Positions 12,458 through 23,107 of a DNA stretch of 64,000 nucleotides are shown in pieces. How positions within the stretch are numbered: the stretch's first letter is position 1; the number at the start of each line of letters is the position of its first letter. The stretch is from assembly GCA_002269645.1 (NCBI GenBank), contig NIVC01002468.1, positions 1 to 64,000 of the forward strand, in the 5' to 3' direction. The position numbers were made by a program, and so were the translations under genes. This DNA is from Macrostomum lignano. Lineage: Eukaryota. The notes beneath the pieces were generated by a model. That model did no database searches, was not told where the DNA came from, and saw only the letters and a list, made by a program, of their open reading frames with translations.

Positions 12458-12997
12458 CTACAGGAAACCCGACGACTCCAACTGTCAGTAGAGCGTCTCC
12501 ATAGAAACTGACAGGTGTCAGGACCAGGAACTTTGCCACTACTGGATCCGGCAGATCTTCCACAAAACTCACATTGGAAATGACTGAACCCAGCAATTCT
12601 TTGTCTGGAGTGCCTGCCCTGGGCACTTCCTGAAGCTGGGAGTCGTCATGAGTTCCATAGTGCAGTCTGTACTGATTCAAACATGATCCGAGCTGATCGA
12701 GCTGAAACAGAAGTTATCCAAGATATGATTCGATTGCATCTAACTGTAGAATGTTGTATGTGAATGGTTTCAGTTTAGCTCAAACTCTCACAGGTTCAAT
12801 TTTCCAAAAATGGCTTTGAAAATCTGTAGCTCAGACTCCGTAGTCATCTTTGCTAGCCGTCCTCTTCCGTTCCAAGCAAGAGACTTGCAGATCTTGTGAG
12901 CAGTTTGCCTCGTTGCGATTGTATGAGGCTGGCTGGAGTCCGAGAATGGAGCCCAGTAGCAGAGTTGGCCATGACGAAAGGTGTTGATGGGACAGTC
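12458..12997 (-). CDS. PKD1-like exons: N-terminal half of a C-type lectin domain (~12790-12997) and C-terminal half of an FA58C domain (~12458-12700)
   Basis: DCPINTFRHGQLCYW..AHKICKSLAWNGRGRLAKM; QYRLHYG..LPDPVVAKFLVLTPVSFYGDALLTVGVVGFP. Confidence 0.65.
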
Positions 12998-13943
12998 TGC
13001 GGCCAGGGGTCCCAGTAATGCAGTTACGATTGTGTACTACATTTTTGTACTTTTGTATCGCTGAATCCCTGGCCTGCGAGGCACGTTACGGTAGGGTGTA
13101 CAGGGTACACTGGGTACAGTACAAGGACATGGGTCTTTGCTCGCTCCAACGTGACTGAAGCCCTCTCAGGACGCCGGGACACCAACCACCTGATGCTAGT
13201 TTCATAACACACAGGCTGGCGTAAAATCAAAGCGATTAGGGTGTGACTACATGTGCGTAGCCGAATCTGAGTCGGAATCAGAGCACACGGACCCTTAGCT
13301 GCCACCTTGGCAACCGAAAGAAAAAAGACGGATGAGCCCACTCAGCGTACTTGGCGGCAGGAACTAATACAAGCAGCCAGGCACAAACCTCCATAGGCTT
13401 CCCTTTTGATTCTGTTCTCGCTTCATATTGTTATTATTCAGCTTGTCCTGGAGTATTGGCGTGGGTGCCTGCAGACTAGTGGAGCGGGCGACCAAAAAGC
13501 TAGACAAAGTCAGATATAAAAATCGCACACACGCCCAGCAGAGCGCGGCGCGACTACGAGCTACCTAAAAGTCAGCCCGCGCGGGGAAACCATTCCACCA
13601 CACACCCCACCAGCCGGCCGTTGGGCTTTACCCCAAACCAGCCAATCAGGGTGAGAGAGGAAACTCGTCAAGCCAGCCACTTGGCACAGCTAACCAGCCG
13701 CAGCGGCTCTCAGTGCCAGAGAGAGCTAAAGTCGAAAACAAAATGAGAAACATGGGTGGGGGAGGGGCAAAGACAAAGAGCTCTTGCACTGCAAAAAAGT
13801 TCAAAAGGCAACACTAAGTTTATCACTACTACGAGCATTGAAAGCAGTTTTAAAACAGTAGTCTGGGAAAGGGGCTTTCTAGGACAAAAATTATCGCAGC
13901 CTCCATAATGCACAAACGATTAACTTTATTATTCCTAAAGAGA

Positions 13944-14548
13944 ATAATCACATCCCGAAGGATGTGAAGCTAACCGGAATCGAGCTGTATTTGGAAGTCA
14001 TTGAGCCAAAGACCGCACTAAAAGCGGATTATCTCAAGGCAATAGAGAAGGAAATTGATGTTGCATACACGGCCTACATGTGTCGAGATGAGCGAAACGA
14101 AACTAGAACAAACATCTGCATTAAAGAGGGATCATGCTGCAATCCAAGGTATATTATTATTAACATGAGAAACCCAAATAGCATTATACGCTACATGCAT
14201 GGAGACGTGCGGTCCATTCAGCATGAAATCAGTGATAATCTTTACCCTGCACTGCCACAAAATGGAGATTTCAGTCAGAACAAGATTAGCAAATTTTACA
14301 GCGAGTTGGTCGACTTGGCTGTGAAAGGGAACAATGGAATTGCTATCACCGCTCTTCAATATGGAACTCTATATCCAATGTTTGGCGCTGATGTGTCTGC
14401 CAGACAAATGCCTACTGATAACAGCCCTGTGAATATCGTGACTAACATTGAGAGGGCTGTCGCAACACCCGTGGACCTGTACATTATCTATGCATTTGAG
14501 AGGAAGGTGAAGCTTAACATGATCAACAATTCATCCAGTAAAGTTTAA
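13944..14548 (+). pseudogene. 5'-truncated Polinton/adintovirus-type double jelly-roll major capsid protein (C-terminal ~200 aa)
   Basis: PRYIII..HGDVRSIQHEISDNLYPALPQNGDFSQNKISKFYSEL..YPMFGADVS..VNIVTNIE..LYIIYAFERKV follows the pattern I recall for Polinton MCP C-termini (PRYVII..HCNLRNVKLYLNSEYYP..NF..N.Y..LY..Y). The frame starts directly at the left TIR junction. Confidence 0.75.
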
Positions 14549-14583
14549 AGATATTATTCATTTATTATTTTGTGGGTGAAAAA

Positions 14584-15460
14584 ATGGAAGCGATTGCTGA
14601 AAGACTAAATAATATTATTTCTCGCTCTAAGGAGAGTATTCCTATTACAATAACTGGGCGAATTAATGACTCAAACGGGATATTTGTTGAAAAATTAGAG
14701 CAGGTGATTCGCCTGGATCCAGGTGCTAAGTACCATGTCTATCTTAACGGCTTCACTTGTTGGTCAAACGTTCCCAATGTGACGGCAGCAAATAATAAGT
14801 TTTATTACAAATGGAAAGGTGCAGCAGCAGAACCTGTGGTATTCCCTGTGAGCACGCAAAGTGTGGATACCTACAATTACTTTCTAGAAAACGTCTTTAC
14901 TAAAAAAGGCCATTTTGAGACACCTGATCTGATTAAGCCAGAACTGTTCCCTGTCAAACTAGCCTATGATCTCACTGTAATGAGAGTGGTCATGCGAGTT
15001 TCACAAAGATGCGGAGGTTGAGTTTAAAGATGACACTTGGTATAGGGAATTGGGATTCGAGAAGAAAGTTTATAAGGCAGAATCCGCGGCGCGGATCGCC
15101 ACTCAAACGTCGGGGGCCGTTAGCATGGCCCGGGAAAGTGTAAGCGGTTTGTTCTTAGCACCCAATATTGCAGACATTGTAAAGGGTCTGCATTATCTCT
15201 TGAATGTGATTGAATATTCTAATCAGAAGTAATCTCAGTCTTGATTGGGTATTTAAGGGAAAGCGAACAAATATTTTGTACATCTCTATTCTGTAGCTGG
15301 AGGACAGATGCTGGTAGAGAAACCAAATCCAGTGAAAAGAGTTGTATTGAGTAATAAGGAGATTCACGAGATTGTGCTACAGTTTGAGACTGAAGATGGG
15401 GTGGGTGTTGATTTCAACGGTGAAGAGTTTGTATTGACGTTGATCATTGAGAGAATGTGA
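14584..15460 (+). pseudogene. Polinton/adintovirus-type minor capsid (penton) protein, frameshifted
   Basis: IRLDPGAKYHVYLNGFTCWSNVPNVTAANNKFYY; after a +1 shift near 15001, DTWYRELGF; after further shifts, GGQMLVEKPNPV..IHEIVLQFETEDGVGVDFNGEEFVLTLIIERM*. These motifs match the penton N-terminal, LGF and C-terminal consensus as I recall it. Confidence 0.75.
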
Positions 15461-15708
15461 GAAAAAAAATACAATTGCTTAATGATTTCTGCAAAGTTAT
15501 AGTCGCTGTCGTAGTCTTTTACGTAGGTCACTCCATACTTAAGAAACCAGTATCTTTGGAGAGCTAGATTAATATTAGGGACGTTGATATCAACGCCGGG
15601 CAAATATTTTCTCATGTACTCACTGCATTCTAGTTTGCATCGGTACTTACTCTTGTAATAAGGCTCGTGCCTTTTGTCAAAAGAACCCGGAGAGACGATT
15701 GGAAGCAT
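15461..15708 (-). CDS. Small orphan ORF (~80 aa) of the Maverick, convergent with the penton
   Basis: ATG at 15708: MLPIVSPGSFDKRHEPYYKSKYRCKLECSEYMRKYLPGVDINVPNINLALQRYWFLKYGVTYVKDYDSDYNFAEIIKQLY. No family recognised and the true end is uncertain. Confidence 0.35.
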
Positions 15709-16436
15709 TTTTATTGAGAATTTAATTTTTTTCGGAGGATGAGCACCCTGGGTTTTGGGATTGGCGCTAATTTGATTGTCTTGGCACACTTTTTGCAAGG
15801 CTGGGAATATAGAGACTGATATTTTGTGCTAGACTGATGGGGCTGCGTGAATTTTTGATAATAAATGTAGAGACAGATTTTTGTGAGGGGCAGGTACCCT
15901 TTTTTCCTGATCTCTTTGGGAATAATAAAGTTAATTGTTTGTGTATTATGGAGGCTGCGATAATTTTTGTCCTAGAAAGCCCGTTTCCCATACTACTTAA
16001 AACACATAAGAGGAGGCAGTTGAATATTCAAAATGAATATATTACCAGGAATTGGGCAGCCACGAATTTCGAATCTCGTAGTGACTTGATCTGCATCAGA
16101 AAAGTTAATGAAAATCATTCTAGTCCGTAACATTGTCGGCAGATATTGCTCAAAACCGAGACTCAAGTTGAACAGCTGGAATAATTCAAGTGGGTGAAAT
16201 TATTTTTCAAAATATGCGTTTTTGGAAACTATTAATACATTTTATTTAATAAAAATTTCGTGGGTCTGTTGCTACGACTGAGTCGATTCGTTAGGTTAGA
16301 TCAGTCTTGTATCGCTGAAGTGGCTCCGATCAATATCCTAGGGCAACCACTAACCAAACTATAGTCACCCATTGTACACTGCTAAAATGTACAGAAGTAT
16401 AAAACCTTATATGAGCTATTAATAGACATCTCACAT

Positions 16437-19400
16437 GCGCTGAACCGTGAAGTGTGACTGGACGGACGCTTTCATCTACAGGGCTTGCATAGGATACGAC
16501 GAATGTGGCGTTCTCCGACAGGCCGTTTAGTCTCCACCCTGTGAGCAAGTGCGCAGTTGCCAGCTGAACCTGCACTGTAGTTGGCGATGTTTGCGTGATT
16601 GTCAACACAGCGCTGCTGACCCAGTCGCAATCTGAAGTGAAGTTTGGCGATTAGCGTTTGAATTTCAGTTCTGATTGATTTTCCTACGGCAACCGCGTCT
16701 CACCTTCAGGATAGCCCAGCAGTTCTAGTCTCAGCAGTCTCTTCCTCACAAATCTGATTGGCAGAATTCTGACTACTCTGGCAAGAAACGGCTTAGTGAA
16801 GGACATCCGGCTGGCCATTTCGTTGCCTGTGAGACCGGTTCTGATGATCTGTAATTGACGAACATTTTGTGCTCTAAAATACCTATTTATCTTTTCAATT
16901 GTACTTCCAAGTTGAACAGTACTATTTTTAACGTCAATCTCACATGGCTTAGTCCTCCAGCAGAGTACTCAGTATAATTGAGCATTTCTGTCGAGCTGTT
17001 TCCATACCGAATTCGGGCGGTCGTGACGTACCCGTCAAAGCCTCCAGTTGCGAAGTCCCAGACTCCGCTGCCCTGCCACACAATCCCGGTGATGCGGTGG
17101 ATTACATCCAGCTGAATCTCCAAGAAGCTGCCGTCAGTGGCTGCTGCAAGTTAGAAATGCCTCATTTTAGCCTCAACTATCAACTGCAGCACTGCTCACA
17201 GCTGGGATCAATCAGCTCAATCAACTCAATCATCTCAATCAGCTGCCAAGCGACTCACAGTCAGAGAAGACGGCAGCGGGCGGCAGGCCGACCTCCTGGC
17301 CGCGATTCAGCGCTGCCATGAGCGGAGTCGGGTGCCGAAATGCATCCTGCGGACTGGCGGCTGTCGCATCGCCGACTGCCAGCTGATTGGCCATAATGCG
17401 ACCGTCCTCGAGTCCGACATTTGAGTTGATGAAGTAGTAGGCAGCTGGAAATAAAAGAACTAGTTGACGTTAGAGTGACGCTGTTTACGAACTCCTGTAA
17501 ACTCAGTTAAGTTTTTGTCGGAGTAAAGATTTGATGTAATCAGCTCACCAATGCTGGGATAGCCGTAGACTTCGAACTCGCAGAGTGAGAGAGTTCCCAG
17601 CGATGAATGCTTTCGCAAGCCAGCGACTGAAGCAACCTGTTGGTTATTATAGATCACCTCTAAGACTTGTACTTCTCGTTGAGAGTGAAAAAGCTGCCAT
17701 TTATTTTCTGTTTAAAATGACGGAATCGCTACCTTATTGACGTTAATCTTCCACAAATGGGACTTCATGAAGCCGCCAGTCCAAGTTTCCAATATCGTGA
17801 CTGCTGTCGCGTCCCACGGAGCGGCCGTGCTGTTGCTGATGTAAACACTGGCTGACTGCATGTCCTCGGATAAGGCCTGGACTTTGTCTGTCGGATCAGG
17901 GGGTAAATAGGGAGTCCAATAAGTGCGATTGATTTGTTTAAGGCGACACAGAAAATCTTCTGCAGCTCTGAGGACTCACCGAGTGTCTCGACCATGTCGA
18001 CTATAAAGATGAAGACGATTCGCTGCGCCACTCCGAGATCCACGAACCAGTACAGATAAGGATCGGCGGTGCCGGAGTGCTGGAAGCAACGGCCTGACAG
18101 AGCGTGGCTCTCGAAGTTCCCGTCGACAGGCAGTCCTGTTGCTGCGTCGGAATTCGATCCGGTGGGCCGGTAGCGGGACAGCAGAATCGGGTTGGCGATG
18201 GCGTCTGGATATGGCGCATTCGGAACGGCAGGATTGAGGCTTACAAACGCACTACTCGGACCTCAAAAAGCTAAACAATGCATGTCAATGTCCCAATATG
18301 CAACTGTTTTTTACTTACTGGCGGAGTCGCTGCAGCCGAGCAGCTGCCACTTGAACTCGAGTTTCCGCGTCCAGCTCAGCGGATACAGCCGGAAGCCCAA
18401 CGCGACGGGCTCGGGCAGCAAGCGGTGCCGAGACTCGTGCTGAGCCACGAAGACTCCGGTCAAAATCTGTGGAAAGAATTGAGGCTGTCTGTGTGAGTAA
18501 TTGTTCAATGAACTCAATGGGGAAGCGCATGCAACTCACCCAGCCGTCTCGGTGCAGGCTCCAGTACTTGCCCTCTTCGCTCACCGCGGCCCTGAATGAC
18601 GTCACGTAGTTAGAGTTGTCTCCGGCCTGGTTGACGATGGCGCCGCCGCCGATGGCCACCGCGAACAGCCGGCAGCGTCGTGGAAGAATCGCCTGCAGAG
18701 TTGGCGAGTTCCTCGACCGTTAGTCGGCTGGTGCGAAATTGGACTTCAAATTACTAGGCGGAGCAAGCTGCACCTCCAAATGGTACTTACCTGGACAAAG
18801 ACTGCGGTAGTGGCTGGATTGTCGCTCAGGTACGCAAGCAGGCTGGGCGAGAACGCACCCATGCTGCTGTTGTCCAGCTCATGGAACACCAGGTGCGGCG
18901 CCATCTTGCCAGCAGTGTAGGAGTCTGAATCGACAACGAACCGCTTCTTCCGCCTTCTGTAGGGCTGAATGAGTCCGGAGTAGCCGATCTTGTTCACCTG
19001 GATGCCGTAGACTGAGTCCCAGCAGCTGCCCAGCGACTGGTTATTAGAGAACACCCTGATAATGGTGAGGTTGCTGCCAGCGCTTTTCGACTGCTGCCAG
19101 GTGACGCTGATGTTGGCGAAATCGTCCGTGTCGAACACCACAGGGTCGGAGAAATCCGAATCCAGCGATGTGAGCTCAAATTCTGCATAGCTGTAGTCCT
19201 TGTGCTCAACGGTGCAGCCGCTCAGCCTGATGTGGCTGCTGTTTCCCGTCAGCTTGACGATTTAACGTTTCTAGACAAGGCAGAAGTTTTGAGACCATTA
19301 ATAATTTCCTGACCTATTTGAGTTTTATTGCAAGAGACTTTCTCACGTTTCTCATGGCTTTGTCGTATCCGTACTGATCCGTGAGCCAAATTTTTAACGT

Positions 19401-22400
19401 TGTTGTTTTCAAGCGGGCTTGGAAATGTACTTCCTGCTGAGGGATCGCGGCTGCCACAACGCCTCTCGGCATCCATTCCGGCCTCACTTGCACGTTCTCA
19501 TCCAGAGTGTAGTCTGAGAAAGGAGAGTTGCACTCGTAACAAATTACACAGTAACCTGTACATAAAAAAATCTGTTTCTTCCGAATTTGGAGAGTACATG
19601 TAAACCTTCTACCTTATTATGCAGCCTATCCTAAGTTATTGTTTTCTAGAGCAAATTAAAGAGATGATACTTGTACTTACACTCTTTGCCATATACATGC
19701 AGAGCAGTGATGCTCAGCGGGGATCCGTGCTCGATCCTCCGCACAATGGCCAGGTATCTGGACGGTTCAGAAGCGACGCATGCAACGACGAGCTTGGAGC
19801 TCAGGATCGGCACCTCGACAGATCCGCACTGGGGCCACGCGTCGAAGGCCGAGCCGCCAAGTGCCGGCTGCCAGACGGTGCTGGTGAGCAGCCGAACTCC
19901 GAACTGGCTGCGAGTGGCTTTCAGGGTTGGGAGTCGCTGCATCAGTCAGTTTCGATATGAGTACAACAAAGACCCTTTAATCCCCCATCCTTTTCGACAA
20001 CTTTCAGCATAGCTAAAGTTGAGTCTTTACTATGCACCAAAGAAGCATCAATGCGGTTAACGTAAATGATTTTGCATCAGTGTTTCTCAATAACTCAAAC
20101 TAAATATGAACAAACTACCTGTCTCCATGTCGACTCCGGAGATGAGGTGCAGGCTCTTGAAGTCAACAAGCAGACTGTTGACTTGCGTTCCGACCACAGG
20201 TGCAACGCTATTAAGGACGAGCCTCAAAAATCCTTGCGCAGTTCTACCTCTGATGTTGACCTTCTGACCGTTATAGTAGATGGTCTTGAAGTAGGCGATG
20301 TTGTGTGAGTACGGTTGCGATCTCCAAGGCTCGTAGTCGTGAACTTCAATGAGTGAAAAAATATTAACGAGTATGATTACTTTTTCTGTTTCAGAAACAG
20401 TGTTTGGGTTTGTGAAAAGATGATCAATTTCCAGGGAATTTAGTCGCGGAATTTCTGTGGAAGGCGACGACCTCGCTTCGAAATTAAGGGGGTGTTGAGC
20501 CAGAAATAACAGTAGCGAATAAAATTCAACACCACAAGTATGATTTCTGTAATTTAGTTAGGCAACTGGTATTTGCGTATTTTACCCAGTATAATTATTT
20601 TATTTGAACCGACTTCAACAGCCAAAAATAAGCTGAGTAGCGAAAGAAGAATATCTCAAATACTCGTAGCATAAAAGATTAACATAGGAGTGAACACAAA
20701 TAGTGTGAGACCAGAGGGCAAGAGAGGGTGAGAGCACAGAGGATGAGAGTACAGAGGTGAAATCATATTGTTTCACGGAATTCTGCAACGCACCCGCGGA
20801 TCGGAGACTTTCCACAAACCCTACTGTATTCAACTAGGAGGTCTATTGGAACTCACGGCAGCTGTGTCGAATGCAGTCTTCTGTGGATAGTTTGCCGGAT
20901 TCTCGGCAATAGGGTGATCTGCCTTCGGTGGCTGCATAAGTATAAATAATTAAAAAATGCATTGAGGAATTACAAACATTGGCTACTTTCGTTGAGTGAA
21001 ACAATATTTCTGCAGGGCAAAAGCACTTACGACTGATGCAGTAATTGCGGAAGTCTCTTTTACTGCTCTTGGTTGCTGGCCTGCAAACCTGGCCCCTTGC
21101 AGTCACGTTGATCTTGTAGACAAAGTTCTCATAATCACCAGTTGACAGAAGACAGTTAGCTGAAAGGTGCTACTAAATGCAAGTTTGAGAAAGCATAGCA
21201 AGTGCAAGAAGTACTAGATCGATAGTGAACAAGTCTTACCGCGCATTCGAACTCCGCTTCCAATGATGGAGCCAGCAGAGTCAAAGTAGGACGCAGAGAA
21301 CGGGAAGCCCCGGATCGAAGCTCCGCTGCCTTCGCCAAGGAGCGGACGGTAGCAGTCTGGATCGGGAATGATGCACATGACCCAATGAAAACGATGTTAA
21401 CAATCATAAGAACTGCTTTTGCTCTGGATTGTTAGCCGATGTTTACCTCTTTCGGCTGGCATCACAGTCACAATTCTCCTATTAAAGGCTGGCCGAGCAC
21501 CTCCCACCAGATCGGGCGGCACGCTGCAGGCAAACACAGTGGAGTTCGAATACTGAGTGCTGCTGGTGCTGAAGCCGCTCTGACTGCCCTCTAGCAAATG
21601 CAGCCGATCGTACAGCAGCCTGCGGTACCGGTTTCTGCCGGGGTCCGGCTGCTGAACACAAGCTCTACTGTAGCTGCCACCAAAGCTGGCCCTCTGATCC
21701 GCATAGGCCACATGACTCACTAACATCGTTACTTTTTCGCCTGAATTAGAGTTGAGTTCGTTTTTTAGAATGGAGTTTGCACATTGACATTTTGCAAAAT
21801 GCTTAAGTGTTTAACGCACCGTTTCGTTGGGGTGCCTGCGGCAGCTGGCAGGCGAACATCTCCTTGGTCCCAGCTTCGTGTGCAACGATGGACGCTTGCA
21901 TTGTGCTGTACACGCCGTAGATCTCAGACGGCTGGCCGAGCTTCCAGTGGGAGTTTGGCACCGCTGTGCCGTCGAACCAGAACCAGCCGGAGTCGTTCCG
22001 CTGCATCCCGATGTGAAATTCAAAATCGTTCCTGAATGAGGAGAGTATTAAATTACTTCACGGTAAATTGTATTTGTAGCTACGCGTTTGTTTTGTAATT
22101 TTATCTAAGTTTTTTATCTGTTCTACGAGCGCTCAATCTTAACCGAATCACAAGTCCTGCATGATCTTTACACTAACTCGATTTTAGTTATCACCTCATT
22201 AACTGAATGCTCTTCCTAACGGAGAGGGAAATGTTGAACGCTTCAGTTTTTTTGCTCCATGGTTGTTACTCGAATGACTAACTTACCGCAGCACTAATAC
22301 CACAGTCATATACCTAGTGCAGTCCTAATACCACATCAGACTCACCAAACACTCAGGAAGCTCATCACGGCCGCGTCCTTCGGCATCAGTAAGCTGCCTC

Positions 22401-22610
22401 GGCCACCAGCCCAGAAGTAGGAGCTGCACAATCTGTGTGCACTGCTCTGCAGAGCCTTCACGGCGCCGAAGTGCAGGCAGATGTCTCCGTGTGGGGTGAA
22501 GCCTGGCGGACAGGGGCTGGCCTGGACGCCCCAGAGGGACACTTCCTCCGGCTGCAGAGACCCGTTGGTGACGTGGATTGTGAGATGGATCGGCGTCAGC
22601 AGCACCGGGA
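16437..22610 (-). CDS. Block of PKD1-like ectodomain exons: several FA58C/discoidin domains, F-type (fucolectin-like) lectin domains and one C-type lectin domain
   Basis: FA58C: VGLEDGRIMANQL, IHRITGIVWQG, KPFLARVVRILP..LRLELLGY, YVTSFRAAVSEEG, LLVDFKSLHLISGV. FTP-like: PVDGNFE..CFQHSG..YWFVDLG..IVFIFI and LSLCEFEVYG. CTL: CPPGFTPHGDICLHF..LC, WFWFDGT..HWKLGQP..FACQ. Confidence 0.7.
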
Positions 22611-22877
22611 ACTCGAATATCCATCGGGCTGAGCTTGTCTGGAACTGAGAATCGTGATTTTAACGCGACTGTTATTTGTTCGAGCATTTGATAAAGCACC
22701 AACGCTTTTGATAATCAAATGGATTTTTTAGCTGTTTCAGTACGATTTTGAATATGAGCTGTTCTGTTGTGCAAAATAACTTCCACAGAATATGAATCGA
22801 GTCTTATACTTTGTTTTTCGCTGTTTGCGTTGTTTTACTCCTTTCTTTTTATTATCTATCCGGCCATGGATTCTTTC

Positions 22878-23045
22878 TGTTGTGTATGAACTTAAGTTCT
22901 ATGGTTTATGGGCGAAGCCTTATTCATATTTTAAGTATAGCAGCCAGCTACTTCGCTGCTGAAAAATATACGCGCTGCATGCATCTACGATCTCTTCCTA
23001 ACTCGGCACCTTGCATTCGTCTTCGTTACTACGAAAAGTACAACA
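22878..23045 (+). repeat. 5' LTR
   Basis: TGTTGTG...ACAACA, identical to 26972-27139 except for one A/G. Confidence 0.97.
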
Positions 23046-23056
23046 TGGCGACGAGG
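23046..23056 (+). promoter_or_regulatory. Primer-binding site complementary to the 3' end of tRNA-Ser(GCU)
   Basis: TGGCGACGAGG directly follows the 5' LTR. Its reverse complement CCTCGTCGCCA is the 3' end of animal tRNA-Ser(GCU) as I recall it. Confidence 0.75.
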
Positions 23057-23107
23057 AAAATTTAATTCGCCGCGGGACGATACTGCAGTCACCAAATCTT
23101 CATCCCG

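Larger units (their letters stand above)
13857..15997 (+). mobile_element. Miniature (internally deleted) Maverick/Polinton element retaining capsid-gene sequence
   Basis: Ends are AGTAGT...ACTACT. The 87-bp TIRs (13857-13943 and 15911-15997) differ at 5 positions. A perfect 6-bp TSD, TAAAAC, lies at 13851-13856 and 15998-16003. The interior has MCP- and penton-like reading frames. Confidence 0.9.
13066..16306. mobile_element. Unclassified ~1.1 kb insertion bounded by a 13-bp direct repeat; host of the mini-Maverick
   Basis: TTGTATCGCTGAA occurs at both 13053-13065 and 16307-16319. No recognisable ORF lies outside the nested Maverick. Confidence 0.4.

Noticed and set aside
13857-15997. Prophage or bacterial contamination
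   Set aside because: The ends, TIRs and 6-bp TSD are Maverick-type and the element is embedded in eukaryotic intronic DNA; no phage or bacterial hallmarks.
19619-20012. Plus-strand ORFs with a signal-peptide-like start
   Set aside because: The minus-strand frame encodes an F-type lectin-like exon (CG..VAC..RYLAIVR) colinear with the PKD1-like gene, so the plus-strand frames are probably shadows.
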